This document shows positions 9,018 to 18,522 of a stretch of 44,571 nt of DNA, in pieces. A program made the translations under genes and the position numbers. Source of the stretch: Acidobacteriota bacterium. Lineage in GTDB: Bacteria > Acidobacteriota > Thermoanaerobaculia > UBA5066. The notes beneath the pieces are model-generated. The model did not search any database, had not been told where the DNA came from, and saw only the letters and a list, made by a program, of their open reading frames with translations. Numbering within the stretch: position 1 is the stretch's first letter; every line of letters starts with the position of its first letter. The stretch spans positions 1 through 44,571 of the forward strand of contig JBDTTJ010000002.1 of the NCBI GenBank assembly GCA_039930645.1. The letters are read 5' to 3'.

Positions 9018-9872
9018 ATGCAGCTGGTCCGAAACCTCGCGGCCGCCTTCACCCTCCTGGCGCTCGCCGTCCCGGCGTCCGCCGAGACGCCCAAGGACCC
9101 GAAGTCGCCGATCGCCGGGGTCCCCGACGGACGCGGACCTTCGGGGCCGGTCACGCTCAAGATCCTGTCGCCGAAGGCGGACGACGTGATCGCGATCCCG
9201 CCCGCCGAGGCCGGCCAGCCCGCGGCGACGGGCGCGCCCGTCGAGGTGAAGATCGAGCTCACGGGTTACGAGACGTTCCAGGATCCTGCGACGAAGCAGG
9301 GTCAGTACGTCGCCCTCATGCTCGACAACTTCGCGACCGTCTTCGCCTACTACGACGTCGCGAAGCCGTGGCTCTTCAAGAAGATTCCGAAGGGCACGCA
9401 CACGCTCCGCGCGTTCCCGATGCGCCCGTGGGGCGAGTCCATCAAGGGCGACGCCGCCTTCGCGACCGTCACGTTCTCGGTTGGCGAGAAGGACGGCAAG
9501 AACGTGAACGAGCCCGGCGGGCCGATTCTCACGGTCGTCTCGCCGCGCGGCAAGGTCAAGGGCGAGACGGGCAGGGTTCTCCTCGACTTCCTCGTCACGG
9601 GCTGCCCGATTGCCGAGAAGGCCGCCGCCCCCGACAGCTGCCGCGTGCGCTACAAGGTCGACACGGAAAAGGAAGTCACGCTCGGGAAGGAAGAAGCCGT
9701 GTGGCTCGAGAACGTCGCCCCCGGCAAGCACGCGTACGTCGTCGGGATCACGAAGGACGACAAGATCGTGCCCGGGGCGTTCACGCTCGTGCAGGGCTCC
9801 TTCGATCTCGAGGCTCCGGGAAACCCTGCCGCGCCCGCCGCGGCGCCGCAGGGGAAGGCCGCGGGCCAGTAA
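9018..9872 (+). CDS. secreted protein with two tandem beta-sandwich-like repeats, function unknown
   Basis: AGAGGAG lies 8 nt upstream of ATG 9018. Signal peptide ends ...LALAVPASAE. Two roughly 110-aa repeats each end in a PKGTHTL / PGKHAYV-type motif. Confidence 0.7.
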   Translation: MQLVRNLAAAFTLLALAVPASAETPKDPKSPIAGVPDGRGPSGPVTLKILSPKADDVIAIPPAEAGQPAATGAPVEVKIELTGYETFQDPATKQGQYVALMLDNFATVFAYYDVAKPWLFKKIPKGTHTLRAFPMRPWGESIKGDAAFATVTFSVGEKDGKNVNEPGGPILTVVSPRGKVKGETGRVLLDFLVTGCPIAEKAAAPDSCRVRYKVDTEKEVTLGKEEAVWLENVAPGKHAYVVGITKDDKIVPGAFTLVQGSFDLEAPGNPAAPAAAPQGKAAGQ

Positions 9873-9882
9873 AATCCCCCGG

Positions 9883-10893
9883 ATGAGCCTCGTGTACGGC
9901 GGCGCGGGGACGCGTCCCTGCGCCGTCGATCCCCCCCTCGTCCTCGCGCCCATGGCGGGGATCACGGACATGACGTACCGGCTGCTCCTGCGCCGGATCG
10001 GAGGGGTGGGCCTCGTCACGATGGAGTTCGTCTCGTCCGAGGGGCTCACGCGCGGCAACAAGCGGACGGAGCGCCTCCTCCGCTGGGACCCCGCCGAGCG
10101 GCCGCTCTCGGTCCAGATCTACGGAGCGGACGCCGAACGGATGGCGGTCGCCGCGGCCCGCGTCGAGGAGATGCAGGTCGACGTCTGCGACATCAACATG
10201 GGCTGCCCCGCGAACAAGATCCTGAAGGGCTGTTCCGGGGCCGGCCTCATGCGCGACCTCGGCAAGGCGCGCGCGATCATCGAGGCGTGCGTCAAGGCGC
10301 TCCCGACGACGCCGCTGACCGTGAAGTTCCGGCTCGGGTTGAGCGACCAGACGGAGAACTATCTCGAGCTCGCGCGCATCTGCGAGGGCGAGGGCGTCGC
10401 GGCCGTCGCGCTCCACGCGCGCACGGCGAAGCAGATGTACACGGGCCGCGCGGACTGGTCGAAGATCGCGCGCCTCAAGGAAGCCGTCTCGATCCCCGTC
10501 GTCGGGAACGGCGACGTGAACACGGCCGACGACGTCCTCGCGATGTTCCGCCAGACGGGCTGCGACGCCGTGATGTGCGGCCGCGCGACGATGAAGAACC
10601 CGTGGATCTTCAAGCAGGCCGCCGAACTCCTCGCCGGCCGGCCGTGCCGCGAGGCGACGCTCGCCGAGCGGCGCGAGGTCATCCTCGAGCACTTCGGCCT
10701 CATCCAGAAGGACCAGTCCGACGCGCCGAAGGCGATGATGTCGAAGCTCCGCACGTTCACGTCGTGGTACACGCACGGCCTGCCGAACGGCTCGGAGCTG
10801 CGCCGGCGCATCGCGAGCCTCGACGGACCACAGGCCTTCCTCGACGCCGTCGAGCACTTCTTCGAGACGCACGCGGCGAGAGTCGCGGCCTGA
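9883..10893 (+). CDS. dus: tRNA-dihydrouridine synthase
   Basis: Motifs LAPMAGITD, DINMGCPANK, catalytic-region GAGLM, ALHARTAKQMYTGRADW, PVVGNGDV, MCGRATMKNPWIF. Confidence 0.9.
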   Translation: MSLVYGGAGTRPCAVDPPLVLAPMAGITDMTYRLLLRRIGGVGLVTMEFVSSEGLTRGNKRTERLLRWDPAERPLSVQIYGADAERMAVAAARVEEMQVDVCDINMGCPANKILKGCSGAGLMRDLGKARAIIEACVKALPTTPLTVKFRLGLSDQTENYLELARICEGEGVAAVALHARTAKQMYTGRADWSKIARLKEAVSIPVVGNGDVNTADDVLAMFRQTGCDAVMCGRATMKNPWIFKQAAELLAGRPCREATLAERREVILEHFGLIQKDQSDAPKAMMSKLRTFTSWYTHGLPNGSELRRRIASLDGPQAFLDAVEHFFETHAARVAA

Positions 10894-10918
10894 GGACTCG
10901 CGCGCGGCGGCGTGAGCT

Positions 10919-12340
10919 TCAGTACGTCTTCGGCTTCGCGTCCGGGGCGAGCGGCGTGACGTAGGGCTTGCCGGCCGTCGCCTTCGCGAACTCGGCTTTC
11001 GCCCTGGCAACCGACTCGGCATCCCTGAGCAGGTCGACCATCGACGCCCCGAGGACTTTCGCGGCGACGAGCATTCCCTTGACGCCCATCGGGCTCGCGG
11101 CGCAGGACGCAACGTTCCAGTGGTGCCACGGCGCGCCGGTCGGCGCCGTCTGGACGCCGAGCTCGATGAGCGGGTAGGCGGCGCTCACCTCGCCCGTGTC
11201 GGACGACGCGGAGGCGCCGCGCCCTTTCGCCCACGGGAGGACCTCGGCCGAGAGCCCCTTTTCCGGGATCCCGACTTCTTTCTGGATCGCCTTCGCGAGC
11301 GCCTCGTCCGCCGCGTCCCACTTCGGGGCGCCGACGCGCTCGAGCTGCTTTTGGACCAGCTTCGAAAGCGTCTCGTTGTAGAGCGGCTCGCGCGTCGTGG
11401 CGAGGAGAGTCACCTTCGCCGTCGTCTCGGTCGCGAGGCCGGCGCCCTCCGCGGCCTTTCTCAGCCGGCCGACCATCTCGTTCATGCGCTCGCCGTTCGT
11501 GTCCCGGACGAACCACTGCACGCGCGCGTAGTCCGGGATGATGTTCGCGGCGAGGCCGCCGTCCTTCACGACGCGGTGAAGGCGGGCCGTGGGGAGCACG
11601 TGCTCGCGCATGAGCGACATCGCGTGCTCGAAGACCTCGAGTGCGTCCAGCGAGCTGCGGCCGAGCCACGGATTCGCGGCGGCGTGCGCCGTCTTCCCGA
11701 AGAACTCGACGTCCAGCGCCGTGATCGCGAGGCGCCCGCCGGAGTAGACGTAGTTCTCGGCCTCGGGGTGCCACGCGAGGACGACGTCGGTTCCTGCGAA
11801 CGCCCCGTCCCGCAGCATGAACGTCTTGCCGAGAATCTGCTCCTCGGCGGGCGTTCCGTAGACCCGAATCGTCCCGGGGAGCCTCTGCGCGACGCGCTCG
11901 CGGTTCGCGGCGACGGCGGCGGCCACGGCGGCGGTCCCGAGGAGGTTATGCCCGCACCCCTGGCCCGGCGCTCCGGCGACTGCGGGGGACTTCCTGGCCT
12001 CGCCGGCCTTCTGCGAGAGGCCGGGGAGAGCGTCGTACTCGGCGAGGATCGCGACGACGGGCGCGCCGGATCCCGCGGTCGCGACGAACGCGGTCGGCAT
12101 CCCGGCGACGCCGCGCGTCACGGCGAAGCCTTCCTTCTCGAGGACCTCTTCGAGCAGGGCCGCGGATTTCGTCTCGGCGAGCGCGGTCTCGGAGTAGTCC
12201 CAGATCTTCCGGGACACGTCTTCCCAGCGCGCCGCCGTGGAGTCCAGGTACGCGTCGGTCCCGGCAGGCGCAGCCGCCAGAGAGAAGCCGAGAGTCAAGC
12301 CGAGCGCGAGGGCGGCGGGGCCGCGGAAGGGAACTTGCAT
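10919..12340 (-). CDS. M20-family amidohydrolase (AbgB-like), exported
   Basis: GGAGG lies 7 nt upstream of ATG 12340, and a signal peptide is present. Motifs: AGMPTAFVATAGSGAPVVAILAEYDALPGLSQ, GCGHNLLG, YGTPAEE, GKTAHAA. Confidence 0.85.
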   Translation of the reverse strand: MQVPFRGPAALALGLTLGFSLAAAPAGTDAYLDSTAARWEDVSRKIWDYSETALAETKSAALLEEVLEKEGFAVTRGVAGMPTAFVATAGSGAPVVAILAEYDALPGLSQKAGEARKSPAVAGAPGQGCGHNLLGTAAVAAAVAANRERVAQRLPGTIRVYGTPAEEQILGKTFMLRDGAFAGTDVVLAWHPEAENYVYSGGRLAITALDVEFFGKTAHAAANPWLGRSSLDALEVFEHAMSLMREHVLPTARLHRVVKDGGLAANIIPDYARVQWFVRDTNGERMNEMVGRLRKAAEGAGLATETTAKVTLLATTREPLYNETLSKLVQKQLERVGAPKWDAADEALAKAIQKEVGIPEKGLSAEVLPWAKGRGASASSDTGEVSAAYPLIELGVQTAPTGAPWHHWNVASCAASPMGVKGMLVAAKVLGASMVDLLRDAESVARAKAEFAKATAGKPYVTPLAPDAKPKTY

Positions 12341-12396
12341 CGGGAGCCTCCGAACGGGGGATGTGTCGCTTGAGGAAGACAGCATACGATGGGGGA

Positions 12397-14304
12397 ATGC
12401 GAAAGAGTCTCGCGCTGGCGCCGGTCCTGCTCGCTTGCACGGCAGCCGCTTTCGGCCAGCCGGCACCTCCGGCGGATGCCCAGAAGAGCCGGATCGACGC
12501 CCCCGGGGTGTCCATTCCCCTCGACGTGCGCGAGCAGTACCTCGGGAAGACCGGGTCGAAGACGGCCGTCAAGTTCATCCTGTCGGTCGCGCGCGGCGAC
12601 CTCCGGGGGCCCGCGAGCTCGCCGCGCGTCGTCTCGTTCACGCTGTCCGGGGTCGTGAGCGACCCGAAGGGCGCGAACGTGGACGCCTTCCGGATCCCGG
12701 CCGACGTCGACCTCGGGGCCGACGCCGGCAAGCCCGTTTCGATCACGTTCCTCAGGCCGCTGCCGCCGGGAACGTACGAGATCCAGTTCCGCCTCGAAGG
12801 CGCCGCCGGCCGCGCGGTCGCGACGCGCGCCGTGACGATCGCCGTGCCGGAAATGACCGCCGAATTCCGTGCCGAGGACGCCGGCACGGACGCCGGCGGC
12901 CTGCCGAGCGCGGCGGCGGTCGTCCTCGAGTCCGAGAACCGCCCGGCCGTGCCGCCGAACGCGGGCAACCTCGTGAAGATCCTCGCGCCCCCCCAGGAAG
13001 TTCCCGTCGGCCTCCTGAGGGTCGGCTGCGAGGTGAAGCCGCCCGTCACGCGTGTGGAGTTCTGGCTCGAGGAGAAGAAGATCCTCATCAAGAACCGCCC
13101 GCCCTACGAGGTCGAGCTGGACCTCGGAAAGGTTCCGAAGAAGCAGACGCTCAAGGCGCTCGGCTTCGACGCGCAGGGCAACTTCCTCGACGCCGATGCG
13201 TGGGCGATCAACGAGAAGGACGCGCGGCTGTCCGTGCGTCTCTTCGAGCTCCCGAAGCAGAAGACGGCGGGCGACACCGTCGAGCTCAAGGTCGCCGTCC
13301 AGTCCATGGCGGGCGGCGTCGTGAAGAAGCTCGAGCTGTATCTCGACGACCGGAAGGTCAAGGAGTGGGCCCAGCCGCCGTACGTCGTGACGGTTCCCGT
13401 CGCCGAGATCCAGAAAGCGACGCTCATGCGGGCGACGGCGACGGACGAAGACGGGAAGGAATTCACGGACATCAAGCTTCTCAAGGGCGAGTCGCGCTTC
13501 ATGTCGAAGGTGGAAGTCGACCTCGTCGAGCTGCCGGTCTCGGTCACCGACGGAGAGGGCCGCCTCGTGAAGACCCTCGCCAGGGAGGACTTCACGGTGA
13601 CGGAGGATGCGGTGAAGCAGGATCTCACGAGCTTCGAGTTCGCCGAGTCGCTCCCGCTCTCCCTCGGGATCGTGATCGACGGCTCGGGCTCGATGAAGGA
13701 CGCGATGCCGATCGTCCACCAGGCGGCGTCCGAGTTCGTCCAGAAGCTCGTCTCCAAGGAGAAGGACCAGGGCTTCGTGATCGAATTCCGCGAGCGCCCC
13801 GCCCTTCTCGCCCCGATGACGCACCGCGCGACGGATCTCGAGCGCGCGATCGCCGAGACGCACGCGAACGGTGCGACCGCCCTCTTCGACTCGGTCGTCA
13901 TGGCGCTCTACCAGTTCCGGGCGACGCCGGGCCGCAAGGCGGTCGTCGTGCTGACGGACGGCGACGACAACCACTCCTGGAGCGACTACGCGACGCTCCG
14001 GCGCTACGCGCGCTCGGCGGGCGTCCCGATCTACTTCATCGGGTTGAACCTCTCGTTCCTCGACACGGGAATCAAGGGGCGGATGAACGAGCTCGCCGCG
14101 GACACGGGCGCCGAGGCGTTCTTCATCGGAAAGGCCTCGGCCCTGCCGGAGGTCTACCGGAAGATCGAGACGGAGCTGCGCTCGCAGTACTTCCTCAGAT
14201 ACCTCACGAACTCCACGAAGGGCGAGAACCAGTTCCGCGCGATCGAGGTGAAGCTCAAGGACCCGAAGCTGCGCGCCAAGACGATCCGGGGCTACTTCCC
14301 GTAG
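12397..14304 (+). CDS. VWA-domain protein of the VWFA-related acidobacterial-domain type
   Basis: Signal peptide present. Motifs: VEVDLVELPVSVTD..GRLVKTL..EDFTVTEDAV.Q; MIDAS-type GIVIDGSGSM; VVLTDGDDN; C-terminal YRKIETELRSQYFLRY. Confidence 0.88.
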   Translation: MRKSLALAPVLLACTAAAFGQPAPPADAQKSRIDAPGVSIPLDVREQYLGKTGSKTAVKFILSVARGDLRGPASSPRVVSFTLSGVVSDPKGANVDAFRIPADVDLGADAGKPVSITFLRPLPPGTYEIQFRLEGAAGRAVATRAVTIAVPEMTAEFRAEDAGTDAGGLPSAAAVVLESENRPAVPPNAGNLVKILAPPQEVPVGLLRVGCEVKPPVTRVEFWLEEKKILIKNRPPYEVELDLGKVPKKQTLKALGFDAQGNFLDADAWAINEKDARLSVRLFELPKQKTAGDTVELKVAVQSMAGGVVKKLELYLDDRKVKEWAQPPYVVTVPVAEIQKATLMRATATDEDGKEFTDIKLLKGESRFMSKVEVDLVELPVSVTDGEGRLVKTLAREDFTVTEDAVKQDLTSFEFAESLPLSLGIVIDGSGSMKDAMPIVHQAASEFVQKLVSKEKDQGFVIEFRERPALLAPMTHRATDLERAIAETHANGATALFDSVVMALYQFRATPGRKAVVVLTDGDDNHSWSDYATLRRYARSAGVPIYFIGLNLSFLDTGIKGRMNELAADTGAEAFFIGKASALPEVYRKIETELRSQYFLRYLTNSTKGENQFRAIEVKLKDPKLRAKTIRGYFP

Positions 14305-15155
14305 ATCAGCCGGGCGAGGGCGGCCGTGTGCGCGGCGGTCGTCCCGCAGCAGCCGCCCACGAGCCGCGCGCCGAGGCGGACCCATTCGCCCGCGAGCGCC
14401 GCGTAGTCCCCCGGTGCGATGGGAGCGCCGAACGTGTTTCCGTACGCCGCGAGGGGGACGCCGGGCGCGGCCGCCGCGAGGCGCGCGAGGTCGCCGGCGA
14501 GCGAGCGCGCGGCAACGCAATTGACGCCGAGGGCGTCGGGCGGCGCGGGAAGCGAAAGCAGAGCGCGCGCGAAGTCCTCGACCGGCTCTCCGGAGAGGAG
14601 GCGCCCGTCTCCGTCCGTGACGCAGGAGACGACGAAGGGCAGCCCCGTGGCCGCCGCCGCGCGCGCGGTGGCGGCGGCCTCGCGGACCGTGTTCATCGTC
14701 TCGATGAGGATGAGGTCGACGCCCGCGGCGGCGAGAGCCGCCGCCATCTCGGCGTGCTCGGAGAAGAGAATATTTTCTTGCTTCGGAACGAGATCAGGCC
14801 GGTAGCAGTCCTCCAGGGGGGCGAGGGACCCAGCTATCCAAAGGCCGTCGAAGATTTTCTTAGAAGGGTGTGTGGCGGCTACCGCTCGAGCGATGAGCTC
14901 CCGGTTTGATCCTCCTGCGTTTCTCCGATGCAGGCGGAAGCTCGCGATCGTGAGCACGTCCGCCCCCGCCTTCGCGTTCTCGCGGTGAATCGTCTCGACG
15001 AGCTCCGGCGCGTCGAGGAGGGCCCGCGCGCTCCAGAGCGGCGCGGCGAGAAGGGCGCCGCGGGCGAGGAGGTCCGTGCCCATCGCCGCATCGAGAACGA
15101 GCGGCGGCCGGCGGCGCAGACTCGCGCGGAAATCCGGGGCGGGCGGCACGGGCAC
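14292..15155 (-). CDS. homocysteine S-methyltransferase family protein
   Basis: Motifs VLDAAMGTDL, LETMN-like LILIETMNTV, GVNCV, C-terminal GGCCGTT zinc motif. The start is GTG at 15155 or 15149, because no ATG lies upstream of the conserved AMGT. Confidence 0.85.
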   Translation of the reverse strand: MPVPPAPDFRASLRRRPPLVLDAAMGTDLLARGALLAAPLWSARALLDAPELVETIHRENAKAGADVLTIASFRLHRRNAGGSNRELIARAVAATHPSKKIFDGLWIAGSLAPLEDCYRPDLVPKQENILFSEHAEMAAALAAAGVDLILIETMNTVREAAATARAAAATGLPFVVSCVTDGDGRLLSGEPVEDFARALLSLPAPPDALGVNCVAARSLAGDLARLAAAAPGVPLAAYGNTFGAPIAPGDYAALAGEWVRLGARLVGGCCGTTAAHTAALARLIYGK

Positions 15156-15206
15156 GGCGGTCTCCCGGGACGAGGATAACGGGGCGGGCCTGCTAGCATC
15201 CGGCCC

Positions 15207-16004
15207 ATGGCAAACCGCTCGTGGGCCCTCGTTCTCGGGGCCTCCTCCGGATTCGGGGAAGGCACGTCGCTCGCCCTCGCCCGCGCGGGTCGGAACGTCT
15301 TCGGCGTCCACCTCGACCGCAAGTCGACGCAGCCCAACGTCGAGCGCATCACGGGGGAGATCACGGCCGCCGGATCGCGGGCGCTCTTCTTCAACATGAA
15401 CGCCGCCGACGACGAGAAGCGCGCCGAAGCCATCGCCGAGATGACGAAGGTCCTCGACGCCGAAGGGCGCCGGGCCGGAATCGACGTCGTGCTTCACTCG
15501 CTCGCGTTCGGGACGCTGAAGCCGTTCCTCGCGGACGCGCCCGCCGACCGGATCGTGCGGGCCCAGATGGACATGACGCTCGACGTCATGGCTCATTCGC
15601 TCGTCTATTGGGTGCAGGACCTTCTCGCGGGGGGCCTGCTCGCCGAGGGCGGCCACGTATTCGCGATGACCTCCTCCGGCGGGCACCGCATCTGGAAATC
15701 CTACGGCGCGGTCTCGGCCGCGAAAGCCGCCCTCGAAAGCCACTGCCGCCAGCTCGCGGTAGAGCTCGTGACGCGGAAGATCGCCGTCAACGCGATCCGC
15801 GCGGGCGTCACGGACACGCCGGCCCTCCGAAAGATCCCCGACAACGCCGCGATGATCGAGCGCTGCCTCGCCATCCACCCGGCCGGCCGGCTCACGACGC
15901 CCGACGACGTCGCGCGCGTGATCGTCGCCCTCTCGAAGCCCGAGACCGTCTGGCTGTCGGGCAACGTACTGGGCGTGGACGGCACGGAAGACGTCATCGG
16001 CTGA
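15207..16004 (+). CDS. SDR-family oxidoreductase
   Basis: Motifs LVLGASSGFG and YGAVSAAK (YxxxK), plus the typical C-terminal GNVLGVDG. Confidence 0.85.
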   Translation: MANRSWALVLGASSGFGEGTSLALARAGRNVFGVHLDRKSTQPNVERITGEITAAGSRALFFNMNAADDEKRAEAIAEMTKVLDAEGRRAGIDVVLHSLAFGTLKPFLADAPADRIVRAQMDMTLDVMAHSLVYWVQDLLAGGLLAEGGHVFAMTSSGGHRIWKSYGAVSAAKAALESHCRQLAVELVTRKIAVNAIRAGVTDTPALRKIPDNAAMIERCLAIHPAGRLTTPDDVARVIVALSKPETVWLSGNVLGVDGTEDVIG

Positions 16005-16011
16005 CGCCGCG

Positions 16012-16833
16012 ATGAAGGACGCACGCTTCCTGACCGCGGCCGCCTGCACGGCGCTGTCTCTCGCGCTTATGGGCGCCTCCTGCGAGACCGTGCGCCCGAA
16101 CGTGAAGGCGCAGTCGGACGTGCCGTCGGCCGGGAAGTTCCCGAACGCGATCTTCGGCCGCTTCCTCGAGAAGGTCGTCCAGGACGGGCTCGTCAACTAT
16201 GCGGCGGCGTCCCTCGAGGAAGCCACCCTCCAGGAATATCTCGCCGAGGTCGCGCGCGTCTCGCCGGAGACGCACCCGCACCTCTTCCCGACGGAGCCGG
16301 ACCGGCTCGCGTACTGGATCAACGCCTACAACGCCTGCGCGATCCGAGGCGTTCTGCGCTTCAACCGCCCCCAGAGCCTGAGGGAGATCGGGCACAAGTT
16401 CGACTCCGAGACGAAGTACGTCTTCGGCGGGCGCGAGCTCTCCCTGAACCAGGTTTCGTCGCTCGCGTGGAAACGTTTCACCGACGCGCGCATCCACTTT
16501 GCGCTCGTGAAGGCGCGGCGCGGCGGGCCGCCGCTCGCGAAGGACGCGTGGGACGCGGCGGACCTCGAGGACCGCCTCGAGGCCGCTGCGAGGGCGTTCG
16601 TCGCCGACCCGCGCAACGTCGACTGGAAGGCGCCGTCGCTGAAGGCCGGGCTCTCGCACGTGATCCTCGATTTCCGCGACGACTTCGAGCGCGAGGTCCC
16701 ATCGACGGTGTCCGGGGATCCGCGCCTCATCGGGTCGATCAACCGGTGGCGCCCTCGCACGGAAAAGGTCACGGCCACGTCGATCTATCCGATCCCTCTC
16801 GACGAACGCCTGAACGACGCCGCGAACCGCTGA
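16012..16833 (+). CDS. DUF547-domain protein, exported
   Basis: Hallmark AYWINAYNA, followed by RIHFALV and GGPPL motifs. An N-terminal signal sequence is present. Confidence 0.8.
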   Translation: MKDARFLTAAACTALSLALMGASCETVRPNVKAQSDVPSAGKFPNAIFGRFLEKVVQDGLVNYAAASLEEATLQEYLAEVARVSPETHPHLFPTEPDRLAYWINAYNACAIRGVLRFNRPQSLREIGHKFDSETKYVFGGRELSLNQVSSLAWKRFTDARIHFALVKARRGGPPLAKDAWDAADLEDRLEAAARAFVADPRNVDWKAPSLKAGLSHVILDFRDDFEREVPSTVSGDPRLIGSINRWRPRTEKVTATSIYPIPLDERLNDAANR

Positions 16834-16837
16834 GCCG

Positions 16838-17734
16838 ATGCGCTTGCCGCGCCGCGTCGCCCCGGCCCTTTTCGCGGCCGTCGTCGTGGCTGCGTGCGGG
16901 AAGCCGCCCACGCGCGAGGCGACGGCTCCGCCCTCGGCTCCCGCCGTCCTGGAGGGCGGCATCCCGCTGGCACCCGGCCTCGAGTTGACGCTCGTCCCGA
17001 ACCTGCCGGGCGTCGACGGCGGGGACGCGCCCGACCTCGCGCGGCGCGAAGTGGAGGTCCTCGCGATCGACAGGGGGAGGCTCCGCCTGAGTTGGACGGG
17101 GCGGGTGCGCGTCGAGAAGGCCGAGTCCGCGCGCCGGCGCGAGGACTGGGCGCGGGCGAGGGCCAACGCGCCGCGCGGCGCGCCGTCCGAGCCGGCGATC
17201 CAGGCCGTCTACGAGACCCGCGAGGTCGGAGGCACGCTGTCCTTCCCCGACTTCGGGACCGCGACGGAGCTGCTCCTGCCCGGCCTCTGGCCCGAGGGCA
17301 ACGCGACGATCCCAGGGTCCACCGCGCTCTGGATCTCCGCGAACGCCCGCGCCGAGCTCAAGGGCGCCGGCAGCGCCTCGGTGCCGCTCGCGGCCTCCGC
17401 GGTCTCGCTGCGCGAGCCCGGCGCGACGCTTCTGCGCCGCGCGATCGACCTTTCCGTGGGCGGCTCGGGCCGTCCGGGGGTCTGGACGGCCGGGCCGCCC
17501 GCCCCGTTCGCCCTGCGCGTCGACGGCGAGGACGTCGCGGTGCCCGCGCTCGTCGCGCGCGACTGGTTCGCGGCGTACGTCGTCCTCGACGGGAGCTCTC
17601 CCGCGCTCGTCCTCGCGGCGCTGCCGCAGCCGGCCTCCTCGCCGCCGGCGGACGTCTTCGCCCCCGCGCACGCGATGCGGAGCCTGCTCGGCTACCGCGT
17701 CTCCGAGGTCGTGCGCCCGAAGGAAAGGAAGTGA
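16838..17734 (+). CDS. lipoprotein, function unknown
   Basis: Lipobox AVVVAAC. The stop overlaps the next start (GTGA at 17731-17734). Confidence 0.6.
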   Translation: MRLPRRVAPALFAAVVVAACGKPPTREATAPPSAPAVLEGGIPLAPGLELTLVPNLPGVDGGDAPDLARREVEVLAIDRGRLRLSWTGRVRVEKAESARRREDWARARANAPRGAPSEPAIQAVYETREVGGTLSFPDFGTATELLLPGLWPEGNATIPGSTALWISANARAELKGAGSASVPLAASAVSLREPGATLLRRAIDLSVGGSGRPGVWTAGPPAPFALRVDGEDVAVPALVARDWFAAYVVLDGSSPALVLAALPQPASSPPADVFAPAHAMRSLLGYRVSEVVRPKERK

Positions 17735-18522
17735 AGGACGCCGGCCTCGCCGTCGTCACGGGCGCGTCCTCCGGAATCGGCGCCGCGTTCGCGCGAGAGC
17801 TCGCGGCCGAGGGCCGGCCGGTCCTGCTCGTCTCCCGCTCGGGGGACAGGCTGGAGGCGCTCGCGACCGTGCTGAACGCCGGGCGTGAGGGTCGCGCGGA
17901 GGTCCTCGCGGCCGACCTTTCGACGCCGGAAGGGCGCGACGCCGTGTGGAACGCGACAGAGGGCGCGGGGAGGAGGGTCGCGCTCCTCGTGAACAACGCG
18001 GGATTCGGCCTGAACGGACCCGAGACCGATCTGCCGTTCGAGAGAGTGCATGCGCTCCTCGAGCTGAACGTCGTCGCGACGGCGGAGCTCACGCATCGCT
18101 TTCTCGTCGCGATGAAGGCGCGGGGCGCGGGCGCGATCCTGAACGTCTCCTCGACATCGGCCTTCTACCCGACGCCGTATTTCTCGCTCTACGGCGCGAG
18201 CAAGGCGTTCATCCTGAACTTCACGCACGCGCTGCACGAAGAGGCGAAGCCGTTCGGCGTGACCGTGACGTGCCTCTGCCCGGGATTCACGAAGACGAAC
18301 TTCGCCGCCGTCGCGGGGATGAAGGGCGCCGAAGCGACGCCGTTTCCCGAGATGACGCCCGAGGCGGTCGCGAAGATCGGCCTCGAGGCCGTGCGGAAGA
18401 AGAAAGCGGTCGTCGTGACGCACCCGCTCGACCGCGCCTGGATCGCCGCCGGAAGGCTTGTCCCGCGCTGGGTGCCCGCGAAGCTCGGGGCGCGTTTCTT
18501 CAAGAAGACGAAGATTTCTTAG
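17731..18522 (+). CDS. SDR-family NAD(P)-dependent oxidoreductase
   Basis: Motifs VVTGASSGIG, LVNNAG, SSTSAF...YGASKAF. Confidence 0.88.
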   Translation: MKDAGLAVVTGASSGIGAAFARELAAEGRPVLLVSRSGDRLEALATVLNAGREGRAEVLAADLSTPEGRDAVWNATEGAGRRVALLVNNAGFGLNGPETDLPFERVHALLELNVVATAELTHRFLVAMKARGAGAILNVSSTSAFYPTPYFSLYGASKAFILNFTHALHEEAKPFGVTVTCLCPGFTKTNFAAVAGMKGAEATPFPEMTPEAVAKIGLEAVRKKKAVVVTHPLDRAWIAAGRLVPRWVPAKLGARFFKKTKIS

